Shown: positions 10,116 to 22,309 of the stretch, in pieces
Position numbering within the stretch: position 1 is the first letter of the stretch
How the letters are laid out: every line of letters starts with the position of its first letter
Source: Octopus vulgaris
Lineage: Eukaryota
DNA: 64,000 bases
Assembly: GCA_951406725.2 (NCBI GenBank)
Contig: OX597836.1
Location: 21,328,001-21,392,000 of the forward strand
Direction: 5' to 3'
Position numbers and translations under genes: made by a program
The notes under the pieces: generated by a model
Seen by the model: only the letters and a program-made list of their open reading frames with translations
What the model was told of the DNA's origin: nothing
Database searches by the model: none

Positions 10116-10192
10116 TCTAAAAAGTTCTCTGGGCTCCGAGAAATAACATTTAACACATTCAGTGTTTTCCCTAAATATTCGTCGCCAGCCAT
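10116..10192 (-). CDS. MPHOSPH10: MPP10 (U3 snoRNP protein) coding exon 1
   Basis: Minus strand AAAATGGCT start, reads MAGDEYLGKTLNVLNVISRSPENFL then GA|GTGAGT donor (phase 2). PENFL matches the PExFL motif at the Mpp10 N-terminus, and GA+T from the next exon gives an in-frame Asp. Confidence 0.88.
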
Positions 10193-10312
10193 TTTTGTTT
10201 TCTATGTGTGTTTTCCCTTCATTAGAGAGTTACAAACGGTGCAAAAGAAAAATAGTAACCATATAATTTTTATTCCGTATAAAAATTTAGTTCAAAATAA
10301 TGCAACTGCGTA

Positions 10313-10650
10313 AGGTAGCGAGCTGGCACAATCATTAGCACATCGGATAAAATGCTTAGTGGTATTTCTTATGCCGCTACGTTCTGAGTTCAAATTCCGC
10401 CGAGGTCGACTTTGCCTTTCCTCCTTTCGGGGTCGATTAAATAAGTACCAGTTACGCACTGGAGTCGATATAATCGATTTAATCCGTTTGTCTGTCCTTG
10501 TTTGTCCCCTCTGTGTTTAGCCCCTTGTGTAAAGAAACAGGTATTTCTTCTGGCTTTATGTTCAAATTTGGCTGATGTCAAGTTTGCCTCTCACATTCTC
10601 GGAATCGATAAGATAAGTACCAGTTGACCACTTGTCAATGTAATTGACTA
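10313..10650 (+). mobile_element. SINE family B with a second, decayed body unit
   Basis: Head AGGTAGCGAGCTGGC, full body to AAAGAAACAGG, then restarts TATTTCTTCTG...GATAAGATAAGTACCAG. Confidence 0.8.
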
Positions 10651-11427
10651 GATTTTATGCCTATAGTAGAAAGAGAAGTTATGGAACTACGTTTCAATCG
10701 AAGTTTGCCAAAGTTATTTCTTTTCTTTTTTCTTTACTTGAACTGCAAGAAGTGGCTATGTCCATGGCCTTTACAGGCTCTTCAAGACGGTTGATTTTAA
10801 GGGAATTTGCAAATCAATGACTGCAACAAAAATCTGTACTTCTAGTCAATTCTGAAATAACAAACCTGCACCATATCGGTATAAAACAAAAATTAGCAAC
10901 ATCCATGTTATTGAAATATACTAAACATGGACGGAGTGTGTGAAATATTTCAGACAAATTGAATACAGAATATGTCCCCTTCACGACTTTGTTTCCTCAT
11001 AAGTCTCACCAAAGTACACATTCTTTAATAAATTTTCGAATGATACGTTTTTTTGAAGGTAGACAACCGAGAGAAAAAGGCACTCACCAGATTTAGTGGG
11101 AGTTATGTGTATCATTTAAAAGAGTTGTGTTTGGTTCCCAAGTTTTGTGAGCCTCTTGTTGCAAACATGATTCGGTAATCTAAGCCTCTGTCAGAGGTTC
11201 ATATACCTTTAAGTCTCATGGACCTGAATCAAACGGTTTAAAATTATATATATATATATATATTATCCGAAATGAATAGTATTAAATATTCATCATGGCT
11301 GATCTTACCAATCAGTTTCGCATAAAGAATACAATGGAGTGTTAGATAACAATCTGATTGTATAACTTTACACTCATCAGAGTTAGTTAATATGGAAGGA
11401 AATATGACGAAGTGTACAGTATTATCC

Positions 11428-11463
<36 letters not shown>

Positions 11464-11717
11464 TGGAGTGGCTGTATGGTAAGTAGCTTACTTACCAACC
11501 ACATGGTCCTCTGGGTTCAAAGTATTGTTCTAGAGAATGTTTAAGAAAACAAGAAATTTAGCACTCAAGCTAACTGAGCTCTCAACTTGCTCCATTTGCC
11601 AAAATATCTGCAAGGCACCAGCAGGTCTCAAGAGACATATGTGTGTCCATAGAACATGATTACCACTTTATTTTAATGAATCCTCATTTATTGTTTACGG
11701 AGAATCTCCGTCACATA

Positions 11718-11927
11718 TTGGGTTGGTGCATAATTATTGCGGTTTTTTTTCAACAAATTTTATTCGACAAAAATAATAACAACATGTAACAAAAACATCT
11801 TTAAATGATGGTCTGACCGTCTGCCAAGCAAATGGGAAGCAGTAATTGAAGTAGATGGTGAATATGCTCCGGAAAAATCATTTAAAATTTGTTGAAAATA
11901 ATCCACAATAATTATGCACCAACTCAA
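11718..11927. mobile_element. mariner MITE (Hsmar1/cecropia-like TIRs)
   Basis: TA-TTGGGTTGGTGCATAATTATTGCGG ... CAATAATTATGCACCAACTCAA-TA. Confidence 0.85.
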
Positions 11928-12226
11928 TATATATGTATATGTATAAAGCCGCCCTGTCGAGTGGCTTTTAAGCAACTGACCCTGAATGGGAAGATCTGCA
12001 AACAGATCTCTGACATGTTTTGCAGAATTTCTTGCAATTGCTTCCTCCAGAGTCATATCCCAACAGTGTACAGCAGTTGGTTCAGTATGCTGGCCACAGG
12101 AATTTCTGTCCGGGAAAGTTGTACATCATCTCCCTTTTTCTCTCGCATACCCTCTCTCTCTCTCTCTCATTATTACTCCTATTGTGACAGAAATTAGTTT
12201 TCGCATTTATGTTATATATATATATA

Positions 12227-12732
12227 CTAGCAGTATCGCCCGGCGTTGCTCGGGTTTGTAAGGGAAATAACTATATAAGCATTTTTAGAGAGTTACTTCC
12301 CTTATAAATTCGGGCTTTCTTAGCCATTTTTGTTTTGGTGTCTTCAAGCCATGAAGTCGTTGTTCTAAAAGAACGCTGGTTTCCTTCACAACGCATTACG
12401 ACGTTGATTTCTTTACACTCCCTTCCCCACAGCTTCACGAGGGAGGGAAGGGGGAGAAGCAAACAGGTGCAGCTGTGAGCGTGGACGCCAACTCCACCGC
12501 CATCGACACACGATGCATTTTATGCATTAAAATGGAATAAAAAATGATGTTAAATTATTTTTAAAATCGTAGACTCATCGTTGACGCGCGCTAATAGTCA
12601 GACGGGCTCGATATGAATCACGACTATAAGATACCCGAATTTGGTTAAACTGCACCGCAAAATGTGGGAGGAGTTAGGAATCTAAATCGAAGGGGACAGA
12701 CACTCACACAACTAGAGTTTTATATATATAGA
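12227..12732 (-). mobile_element. Non-autonomous Helitron (different interior)
   Basis: rc 5' TC, 3' hairpin CCCGAGCAACGCCGGG and CTAG terminus, inserted at an A-T site. Confidence 0.82.
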
Positions 12733-12842
12733 TATACAATGAATGGTCATTGATAGTGAGCAATTAGCATTTCAAAAATTCAGTGCCTTTTTACAAATTA
12801 GAAAATAGAAATAGACATTAATAGTTGAATTGAGGAGAAATT

Positions 12843-13258
12843 GGATCTTTTCGGTTTGGACGGCAGTTTTTTTTTAGCGGTGTCATATGAAATTGTCACC
12901 CATAATTATGACCCTAATATCGATCTATTGCATTTCAATCTGTTTTAGGGTTTGGGTTAGAGTTAGGGTTAGGATTGGGGGAAGGGTATCTCTTTTCTTC
13001 AGAAATGTAAATAAACCCAATCTGTTTCTTAAACGAGGGACATTCATACGGCACAGAATGCTTTCACCTCAATAGACGTCATTGATTGGTTGAAATTGCA
13101 GAAGAAAAAACAACAATCTTACAAACTATAAAATTTTCTCAAGAAAGCCAAGAGAAAAAGATGTTTTATAAACACATTCTACCAGTATACGAAGTTTAAA
13201 AGTGTTTAGTTACGCGGAAATTATTTTTAAAAAACTGTCGTTCAAACCGAAAACATCC
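12843..13258. mobile_element. TIR-bearing non-autonomous element with internal TTAGGG-like repeats
   Basis: GGATCTTTTCGGTTTGGACGGCAGTTTT / AAAACTGTCGTTCAAACCGAAAACATCC; TTAGGGTTTGGGTTAGAGTTAGGGTTAGG at about 12945-12973; reverse truncated copy at 55132-55433. Confidence 0.75.
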
Positions 13259-13550
13259 GAAATAGTCATTAATAGTTAAATTGAGGAGAAATTTTGTAGA
13301 GGGAAGCGTTTTGTTTTGTTTTGTTCTGTTATTTTTTTTCAGTTTTGTTTTTATTTATTTTTCTTTTTATGTATTTGTGTTTTGTTTTGCCGTGACAGGA
13401 AGCGAAATAAATAAACAAACAACTAAGTATGTAAACAAACAAGTAAACAAAAATAAAAAAAATGAAATTACATAAACAAACAAACAAATAAACAGTAAAA
13501 AAAATATATAAACGAAGACATTTACAAGAAACTAGTTTTGTTGTGTGCGA

Positions 13551-13585
13551 ACTACGTCACTTCCGATCCTCGTCCTACGTCATCG
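13551..13585 (+). promoter_or_regulatory. Probable RNF146 core promoter: overlapping ETS-CRE element plus a second CRE half-site
   Basis: ACGTCACTTCCG at 13554-13565 (rc CGGAAGTGACGT) and TACGTCA at 13576-13582, at the start of a locally CpG-rich stretch about 530 bp upstream of the ATG. Confidence 0.55.
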
Positions 13586-14087
13586 CTCGAATGTCGATTT
13601 CCCAGAAATCAGATTAACACCGATTCTCATATTTCTGATGTTTTGTCTCTAAAATCCGAAATTTAATATCGTTGTCGTACCGTTGACCCGTCGTCCGGCA
13701 AACGGACATGTTAATTATACCTTCAGGTTAATAACAAACGGTCGAGGTTGTTACTTCAGTCCTCATTACCGGCGCAGAAAGGAGCGAGGTTCAGTTATCA
13801 AAAAAAGTAAACAGGACAGACCAGTGTTTTAAAAACAAACAAGTCTTGGGGTATATATATAAATATAAACCCAGTAATATACAAGTAACAACATCAATAA
13901 TAGCTGTAATAACTACAGTGAAGGGCCATAGAGCTTCAGTAATAACGACGACCAGCAAGAAATACACCTCAGTAGTGGTGGACATCTACTTGTGGCAAAC
14001 ATTGATCAAATTTAAACAACACCAACTTCGGGGACATTATTTTGGATTTGGATTAACAACGAGTTTTCAGCACCACAGTTTGTTCGA

Positions 14088-14193
14088 ATGGATGATGTTA
14101 ATTTGAATAACTGCCTCCAGAATCAGAACTGGGATGGTGGTAATGAGAAGAGGGCCAACATAGATGTAGTTGTTGAAGAACATCAAGATGAAG
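14088..14193 (+). CDS. RNF146: RNF146 first coding exon
   Basis: ATG at 14088, MDDVNLNN...EEHQDE, then a strong G|GTAAGT donor (phase 1) that joins AA ATG at 18135 in frame. Confidence 0.75.
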
Positions 14194-14962
14194 GTAAGTA
14201 TCAACATTATTTTTTTTACGTTACCTCTAAAGAAAGTGCTTATGTATATATATATATATGCACATGCATATATAAGTACATACATACATACGCATGTATA
14301 CACACACACACACATACATATAAATAACCCCCACGCAGATTATTAAAGCCTTGTAAGTGGAGGTGGTGAACGGAAATTGTCTTTGTGTCTATGTATGTAT
14401 GTATGTCACCCACCCTCTCTTCTTGTCAACCGGTGTTGGTTTGTTTACGTTCCCGTAACTTAGCAGTTCACCAAAATGACCTGCAGGACAAGTACCAGAC
14501 TTTTTTTCGACTAAACTCTTCGAGGCGACGCCCCAGCGTGGCTGCAGTCTTATAACTAAAACCAAGTTACATACATACACACGCTCTTAACGTATTTCAG
14601 CTCAGAGATTGTGGTGTGTATAGGCAGTACCACCACAGTTTGATGCTTCAGCAACTTTGTTTCCACTTCACTTTCCGAAAAAAAAAAAAAAAAATGTATA
14701 TTTTTAAATGGCATATTTTAGAAATGCGTCTTCGAAAGTGTAGATTACAATTGTGATGAAGAAATGGAGAGAAAAATAAAAACAAAACATTTTTTAAAGA
14801 TATTCAGTTCTACCTTCAGTCGGTATTTGTTACCATTAGTTTCCGAAACTTTAGCATTTTCCACTTTTTTTTTCGGGTTTGTATGTTTAAAACCTCAATA
14901 CAATCGTAATCTATACCCTCGAAAACGTATTTCTACAAAATATTGTTTAAAAATATCCCCTT

Positions 14963-15349
14963 ATTTCTTTATGGCCCACAAGGGGCTAAACGTAGAGGGG
15001 ACAAACAAACGGATTAAGTCGATTACATTGACCCTAGTGCGTAAGTGGTACTTAATTTATCGACCCCCAAAGGATGACCTCGGCAGAATTTGAACTCAGA
15101 ACGTAACGGCAGACGAAATACCTATTTCTTTACTACCCACAAGGGGCTAAACACAGAGGGGACAAACAAGACAGACAAACGGATTAAGTCGATTATATCG
15201 ACTCCTGTGCGTAACTGGTACTTATTTAATCGACCCCGAAAGGATGAAAGGCAAAGTCGACCTCGCCAGAATTTGAACTCAGAACGTAGCGGCAGACGAA
15301 ATACCTCTGAGCATTTCGCCCGGCTTGCTAACGTTTCTGCCAGCTCGCC
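14963..15349 (-). mobile_element. SINE family B, two tandem body units
   Basis: Same AGACGAAATACCTATTTCTTTACTACC junction as 1481-2077. Confidence 0.88.
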
Positions 15350-15876
15350 ATTTAACATCCCCCATTTAAAGAGAGTTATGAGGAAACCACTCCAGGTGAT
15401 GGGAATTATACACAACTTGATGGGGGATCTCTTAGTGTTATCAACATAATCGTAATCCGCCATGTGCGCCTATATTTATATCTATTTATATTTATTTATT
15501 CATATCCTCTTGTAATGATTGTACCTATTGTATTGCATTACTCATTCATGTACGCTGTTTTGTTAAACCTTAATGTTCTTATGTAGTGGTTCAATAAAGT
15601 ATGTGATTGGGTATTATCTGGTAGTTGATTAATGATTTAGATGTATTTCTCCATTTTCTGATTTTGTATATATATATACACACACGCGTGTGTGTGTATA
15701 TATATATATATATACACGCGTGTGTGTGTGTGTGTGTGCTTGCGCTTATCGTTTGATATACCACGCTTAATCGATGCTGGTTTGATTACGTCCTCCCACT
15801 TAATTCTATCCCGGTACAGATTCCATCAAGTACCGAACATAAAATAAATACTAAAGTTGATTTTGATCGACCAAAC

Positions 15877-16036
15877 CAGGCACGGGCAACCTTTTACAAG
15901 AAGCGGGCCTCATGAGACATGACTCATTATCAGGCGGGCCTCACTACTAAAAAATAAATTTTAAAAAATTGAGGTAATTTTCCGTTTAGGTGTGCCATTC
16001 AGAAAGTCCCGCAGGCTGCCGTTTGCCCATGACTGG
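15877..16036. mobile_element. hAT-type MITE
   Basis: CAGGCACGGGCAACC ... GTTTGCCCATGACTG termini with GCGGGCC subterminal motifs. Confidence 0.65.
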
Positions 16037-16535
16037 ACTGAGCCCTTGATGACGGAGCCTTTAGTATAGTCCAATGACTGAAGCAACACACTCGCATCTA
16101 TATTTATGTCAGCATGCGTGAATGGGTCAAACGAAATTTCCTCGGGACAGTTTTTTTATTAACGTCGGACGCTCTTTCTTTTGCCAGCCCTTATCTCTTT
16201 CTAAGCAAAGTAATGTTTTTGCCGAAGATTACCGACAAAATGAACGTCATTTCTGTGGCGTTGATTTTTGAAGAGGGATTATGCATGCTCAAACAAGCAT
16301 AAAATATACTTTTGTTGTCTTCTACAAAATCTCACTTCCTCAAGGCATTGAATGCGCACCTGTGAGTAAATAATACAAATGAACTAAGGGAAATAACTCA
16401 AAGTGCTAGTTGCATGAATTTCATCAACTAAACCTATCTGATTTACTAGGTATCAATATTTATTGAAACTTTTTACTAAGTTTCCAAGAATACTACATTT
16501 CCCAGTGATTATACACACACACACACACACACATA

Positions 16536-17340
16536 CAGGGTGCGATGGGTAAATTGTCGCCATTTTATATTTTTAATTTTGCACATTGTTTTTGATTTTG
16601 TTGACTACACAGTATGGTAGGGTCAGTTGGGCACCGTCTATGAGAAAACTAGCACCATGACGCAATTCACTCTGCCAGAAATTTGGAAACTGCATGCTGT
16701 ACTGCTTGGCATTCACGCCAGTAGCTCCAATACAAACATTTCAGAGTGTTTGGGTGTCAATCTCAATACATGTACCGAGAGTGATAAAAATCAAACATCC
16801 AGTCAACATCATGGTGTTTGGAGTGATCACTAGAGATGGCGGCGTTATGCCTCCATTCTTCTTTCCACACGGCCTCAGACTCACACGGAGGCCTACATAA
16901 AGTACCTGGAGGAGATGAAGAGAGTGGTTGCTGGAAGACCCTATGTCTGGCAACAGGACTCTGCACCATACCACACAGGCAGGAGGACCCAGTCATGGCT
17001 GTCAGACAATTTCTGCAACCACATCACACCTAACATCTGGCCACCTAACTCCCCAGACTGCAACCCTTTTGATTATTATGTGTGGGGTGCAGTTGAGCGA
17101 GAGAGCCAACAAAATTCCTTGTAACACCAAAGATGAACTGAAGGCAAGGATTATGGCAGCATTCACCAACTTAAACAAGGAGACCGTCTAGAAGATTTGG
17201 AGGAAATTCTGAAGTTGTTTGGAGGCCATGGTTGAAGCCAATGGCGATTTTATTGAATAAATTTACTCTTTAGTATTTCAAGATATTTTTATGTAATTTT
17301 GGTAAATATATCTGTGTTATTTTCAGTTTTGCGTAATTTA
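16536..17340 (+). mobile_element. Internally deleted DD37D (maT) Tc1/mariner-superfamily transposon
   Basis: TA-CAGGGTGCG left end. Remnants VMVFG..., WQQDSAPYH...WPPNSPDCNPFDYYVWG with 37 residues between the 2nd and 3rd catalytic Asp; frameshifted. Confidence 0.88.
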
Positions 17341-18134
17341 AAATGTAGAGCATTTTAAATTGATGTAATGTTTACATTGTTCAATTAAATGGAGTCGCAT
17401 GAAACAATCGTACTGCATTACCTCTGAATATCCTTGTTGCTTATTTTGATGTTATATATATATATATATATAAGGATAAGCAAGTTATCCTTACATTTAA
17501 TCCTCTATTTGTTCAAGTTTAAATCTCTTGAGCTCTACAAAGTGTATTCTATATAGAGAATATCTCTCTCTCATAAACTATACACACACACACAAACACA
17601 GACATATATCTCAATAGTAGTGCTGGCTGGTGGCACACAAAAAAGCACCCACTATATTTCTGTAAAGTGGTTGGCATTAAGAAGGGTACCCAGCTGTAGA
17701 AACCATGCCAGTGTAAACATTAGAGCACAATGCAGTCCTGACAATCAGTATCGGTTTGTTTATCTCCCTGTAGCTTAGTGGGTCTGCTAAAGAGACTTAT
17801 AGAATAAATACCAATCTTAAAAAGGGAAAAAAATAATATACTGGAGTTGATTTGTTTGTGACTAAATCCTATGACTTTACAGTCAGTTGCCTGTCATCCA
17901 TCACTGGGATTGATTTGTTCAACTAAATCCATCAATGGTGTTCTTTCGTATGGCCACAGTCCAGTAACTGAAACAAAAGATAAAGGGCATCATTTTGGCA
18001 GGGTTTTGAAAGAGCTCTTTCTCAAAGTCTCACATGAAAGGAAAAGGTAGTTTTTTTTTTTCTTTGTTTGTTTTCTTTCTTTTTCTCTATTGTCTTTCAC
18101 TCTTGCTCATCAGCGCTTTTCTTTATATTTCCAG

Positions 18135-18838
18135 AAATGCTCCCCATTAATACTCCTGAAAAGTTTGAATGTGCAATCTGCCTGCACCCTTGCGAATATC
18201 CTGTGCAGCTTCCGTGCAAACATATATTCTGCTTCCTGTGCATGAAAGGGTCTGCAAAACAAAGCCAGCGCTGTGCTCTGTGTCGGCAAGAAATTCCTGA
18301 CAGTTGTTTCTTGAACCCTCCCCTGTTGAATGAGGAACAACTTGAAAAGACTGTCACCTTTGACAAAAACTACCAATGGTTCTATGAGGGTCGCAATGGC
18401 TGGTGGCAGTATGATGAACGAACGAGCAGAGAGATGGAGCAGCGCTACAAGACCAACGAGACCAGCTTTGATTTACTAATTGCTGGCTATGTCTACACAA
18501 TAGACTTTGAGAAAAACATCCAATACAGGCAAGACAATCCTATGAAGAGACGTCAGATCAAAAGAGACTTTGTTAACATACCCGAAAAGAAGGGCATTGC
18601 TGGCATAAAGCTAAACCAGAGTTCACAAGGACGTCCTGGGCCATTGGGTGGTGAGATCCCATCTATGGTGTCGAGGTTAGATTCAAATGCTTGTGATGAC
18701 AGTGTCATGTCACCTCCTGCCCCTAACAACACTCCACAAAGTCCTGCCAATAGCCCATTACATTCTACATTTTCTTCTGAACAAGACCTTTCTTTACACT
18801 TAGAGAATCTACAACTAACTGAGTCCCACTCAACGTAG
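18135..18838 (+). CDS. RNF146: RNF146/Iduna PAR-dependent E3 ubiquitin ligase, main exon (C3HC4 RING + WWE)
   Basis: Long polypyrimidine tract and TTTCCAG acceptor. RING: CAIC..P..LPCKHIFCFLCMKG..RCALCR. WWE: WFYEGRNGWWQYDERTS...LLIAGYVYTID...QYR...RRQIKRD...KKGIAG. TAG stop at 18836-18838. Confidence 0.96.
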
Positions 18839-18893
18839 CAACTACATCAAGCTATTCTAAAGCAACCATTTGCTTAAAGAATAGGAAATTTAA

Positions 18894-19091
18894 CCCTTTT
18901 GGTAGTAACCTACCTGAGACTGCCCTTCTAAGTTTTATGAAACAAATTCACTGTTATTAAACTGATCTAAATGAAATCTTTCATCAAAATTTCAAGTTAA
19001 TTTATGTTCCAAACACCAAATTAATAGTGATAAAGTTATTTTAATTGAAATAAGGGCACTGTATAACCACAGAAATATGGCAACAAAAGGG
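18894..19091. mobile_element. Decayed piggyBac-type MITE in RNF146 3' UTR
   Basis: TTAA-CCCTTTTGG ... CAAAAGGG-TTTA; interior resembles 46531-46747. Confidence 0.65.
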
Positions 19092-19563
19092 TTTACTAAT
19101 TCTTCTTCTTATTCTAATTCTTCTTTTCTTTTCCTTAAAATTTTTAATAACATTTTCTATTTTTATTGTTTGAGAAAGAGAGAGAGAAAGAGAGAAAGTG
19201 AAAAAAACAACAATCAACAAGCAATCAATGTGTATTGCAATTTCTTATAAGAATTGGCAGGCTGAGGAGACAAGGAACTGTTTACTTGTTGGAATTGAGG
19301 AAAAAAAAAATACAAAAAAATATTTCTTATAGTTTTGTTTGTTTTTCTTTATCTTTCTACATTCTCACCTTTAAATCTGTCCAAGTTGTTAATCTTATTC
19401 TTTGCTCACATCCCTATTATATAACATGTAATGTTTTCTATAAAAATAGAACAAATCTTCTCTCTGTTGTTGTGACTCATTTTCATTTGAATTTATACTA
19501 ATTGATGATGTATTTCTTGATTATTTAGGTTTCATATGTATGTATGTGAAGTTTTTAAGCTTC

Positions 19564-19569
19564 AATAAA
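19564..19569 (+). terminator. Candidate RNF146 polyadenylation signal
   Basis: AATAAA at the end of about 720 bp of AU-rich 3' UTR-like sequence, just before a (TA)n/RTE block. Confidence 0.45.
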
Positions 19570-19579
19570 ATGCATGCAC

Positions 19580-19616
<37 letters not shown>

Positions 19617-19618
<2 letters not shown>

Positions 19619-20250
19619 TCATCATCATCGTTTAACGTCCGTTCTCCATGCTAGCATGGGTTGGACGGTTCGACCGGGGATCTGGGAAGCCAGAAGGCTG
19701 CACCAGGCTCCGGTCTTATCTGGCAATGTTTCTACAGCTGGATGCCCTTCCTAACGCCAACCACTCCTAGAGTGTAGTGGGTGATTTTATGTGCCACCAA
19801 CACAGGTGCCAGATGAGGCTGGCAGACGGCCACGCTTGGATGGTGTTTTTTTTGTGCCACCGACACAGGTGCCAGACGAGGCTGGCAGACGGCCATGCTC
19901 GGATGGTGTTTTTTATGTGCCACCAACACAGGCTGGCGAACGGCCACGATCGGATGGTGTTTGTTACGTGCCCAAAGCACGGAGGCCAGTTGATGCGGTA
20001 CTGGCTACGGCCACATTCGGATGGTTTTCTTATGTGTCACCGGCACTGGTACCACAAAGATACAAATTCCATTGATGTTCATCTATTTTGATTTGGTTTG
20101 ATTTTCACTTGCCTCAACAGTTCTTCACAAGTGTCACAAGAAGGAAGGTATGCACAGGTGGACTGACTACGTCCCAGGTAGGGGCCACGGGTTATGGCCT
20201 CACTAGTCTTGCCGGGTCTTCTCACGCACAGCATACTTCCATAGGTCTTG
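19617..20250 (-). mobile_element. RTE LINE 3' end
   Basis: (CAT)n tail, 3' UTR with GTGCCACC repeats and ORF end, as in 34303-35375. Confidence 0.85.
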
Positions 20251-20342
20251 GTATATAATAATAATAATAATAATATTAGGGAGTAAATCCAAACTTACAG
20301 GGAAAAATTAGATTTAGGATTAAATCCAATTTTAAAGTATAA

Positions 20343-20833
20343 ATATATATTATATTAAATTAGAGATAAAACCACTATTAGGCAAATCAGTGAAAATCAT
20401 AAGCCAATACATAGAAATAAAATTAATTAAAAAATATAGAATATAAAATATAAAAATCCATTTAAAATATTTAAATTAAAGTTAAAATTTTTAAAAATTA
20501 TTTAAATTAATAATTTAAACTTATAAATTATAAATATATATATATTTTTATTATTATTATATTTATTTATTTAAATAATAAATAAATAAATTTATTTAAA
20601 TAAATAAATAAAAAAAATAATAATAAAAATATATATATTTATAATTTATAAGTTTAAATTATTAATTTAAATAATTTAAAAAAATTTTAACTTTAATTTA
20701 AATATTTTAATTGGATTTTTATATTTTATATTCTATATTTTTTAATTAATTTTATTTCTATGTATTGGCTTATGATTTTCACTGTTTGATTTGCCTAATA
20801 GTGGTTTTATCTCTAATTTAATATAATATATAT
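20343..20833. repeat. AT-rich near-perfect inverted repeat, about 240-bp arms
   Basis: TTAGAGATAAAACCACTATTAGGCAAATCA...AAGCCAATACATAG mirrored by CTATGTATTGGCTT...TGATTTGCCTAATAGTGGTTTTATCTCTAA. Confidence 0.92.
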
Positions 20834-21192
20834 ATATATATATGATGGAACCTCCCTTCGAAGAGTGTTCAGTATTTGCTGAATGACCTGCACAAAGGAT
20901 TTGTTTATAATGGTCAAATGTGTGTGCTGTACACTAGCTCACTACTGCCATCAAATCGATGTTACCTGGACAGGTGCATGATGTGCCACACAACAGGTGT
21001 TGAAATAATTGCAGAGCAACACGAGATGAAGTGTTTTACTCAAGACCACCACACATCACCTGCTTCAGGAATTGAAACTGCAGTTGTGAGTGTAATACAG
21101 CAACCACTAAGCCATGTGCTCTCAATTCATACACACACACACACACACTTCTTGTAACTTGGCAGTTCAAGTTCAACAAGTAGGCATATGTA

Positions 21193-21311
21193 CAGTGTGT
21201 CCGTAAAGTCATGGAACTTCAAAACTATTTTTTGATGTAGCTTCCATTCTTGCCTACACATCTAATCAATACTCCAGTTGGATGAGTGAAGAAAACTTCA
21301 TGGACACACTG
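21193..21311. mobile_element. Small Tc1-type MITE
   Basis: TA-CAGTGTGTCCGTAAAGT ... ACTTCATGGACACACTG. Confidence 0.6.
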
Positions 21312-21461
21312 TGTGTGTGTGTATTTATTTGTTTATTATACATGAATGTCGTTGATTAGTGAATTTGAAATTTCAACCAATTAGGCCATTGTTAGCAGTC
21401 CAACAATGGTTTAACTGGCTGAAATTTCAGTCGCTGTCAACAAAATTCATGGATAAAAATA

Positions 21462-21847
21462 CTAGCAGTATCGCCTGGCGTTGCTCGGGTTTGTTTCGAC
21501 CCTTTAGAATTGGAATTTTTGAAAGGTAAAAATTTTGCATTATGTAGCTTGTTATTCTCTTTAACTGAACATTTTTCTGGTTGAAATACACCGAAAAATG
21601 GCGACACAGCAGTCAAAATATCATTAAAAAATAGGGATTTTCATAGAAAAAAAGGATCTTTTTGATGTAAATAATTTTTGGTGTTAACATGGTCCGATTT
21701 GAATTTTATCTTCTATGGAAGGAAGACCAAGCATTCTATCATACTCTCAATTTTGGTCAACTGGCTCCGCAGGGTCTCGGAGGAGATAGTGTTAGTTGAA
21801 GGCTACCAAACCTGCCATACACAGACAACTTCAGCTTTATGTATAGA
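21462..21847 (-). mobile_element. Non-autonomous Helitron
   Basis: CTAG end, subterminal hairpin, TC start; paralog of 6653-7049. Confidence 0.82.
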
Positions 21848-22309
21848 GAGATTAAATTTGTGCTCCACAAATTAATGTAAAATGGCTGCAGTCCAGTGAC
21901 AGAAAGAAGTAAAAACAATATGTGTGTGTGGTTAAAACTGATGGCCCATGTGGTTAAGAAGTTAGCTTCAGAACTATTTATCTTTGAGGCTGATCCCACT
22001 ACACAGCATTTTGGGTAGATGTCTTCTACACTGCCACAGCATGGCTGAAGAGCAATGATGGATGGAATTCCATTGACTCTAGAAAGATTAGCGACAAAGT
22101 TAACTTTGGTAGGGTTCAAAATCAGACATGGAAAGGAATTGTAACTTGACACTGAATGACAGACATGAGGTCTGGGATTCCAGGAATATGACAAATGATG
22201 ACTGGAAATGAAACTAACTGAAACTGTTGATAACTGATTTTAGCCATTCTTCAGTCATGTCAGAGCACTACCTTAAAGGTAATTAGTCATTACACACAAG
22301 TGAATGTTC

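Noticed and set aside
12945-12980. Interstitial telomere or chromosome fusion site
   Set aside because: Only about 5 degenerate units, inside a dispersed element that recurs at 55132-55433.
18068-18134. Hydrophobic N-terminus of the 256-aa ORF (possible signal or TM segment on RNF146)
   Set aside because: It is the intronic polypyrimidine tract before the AG at 18133-18134.
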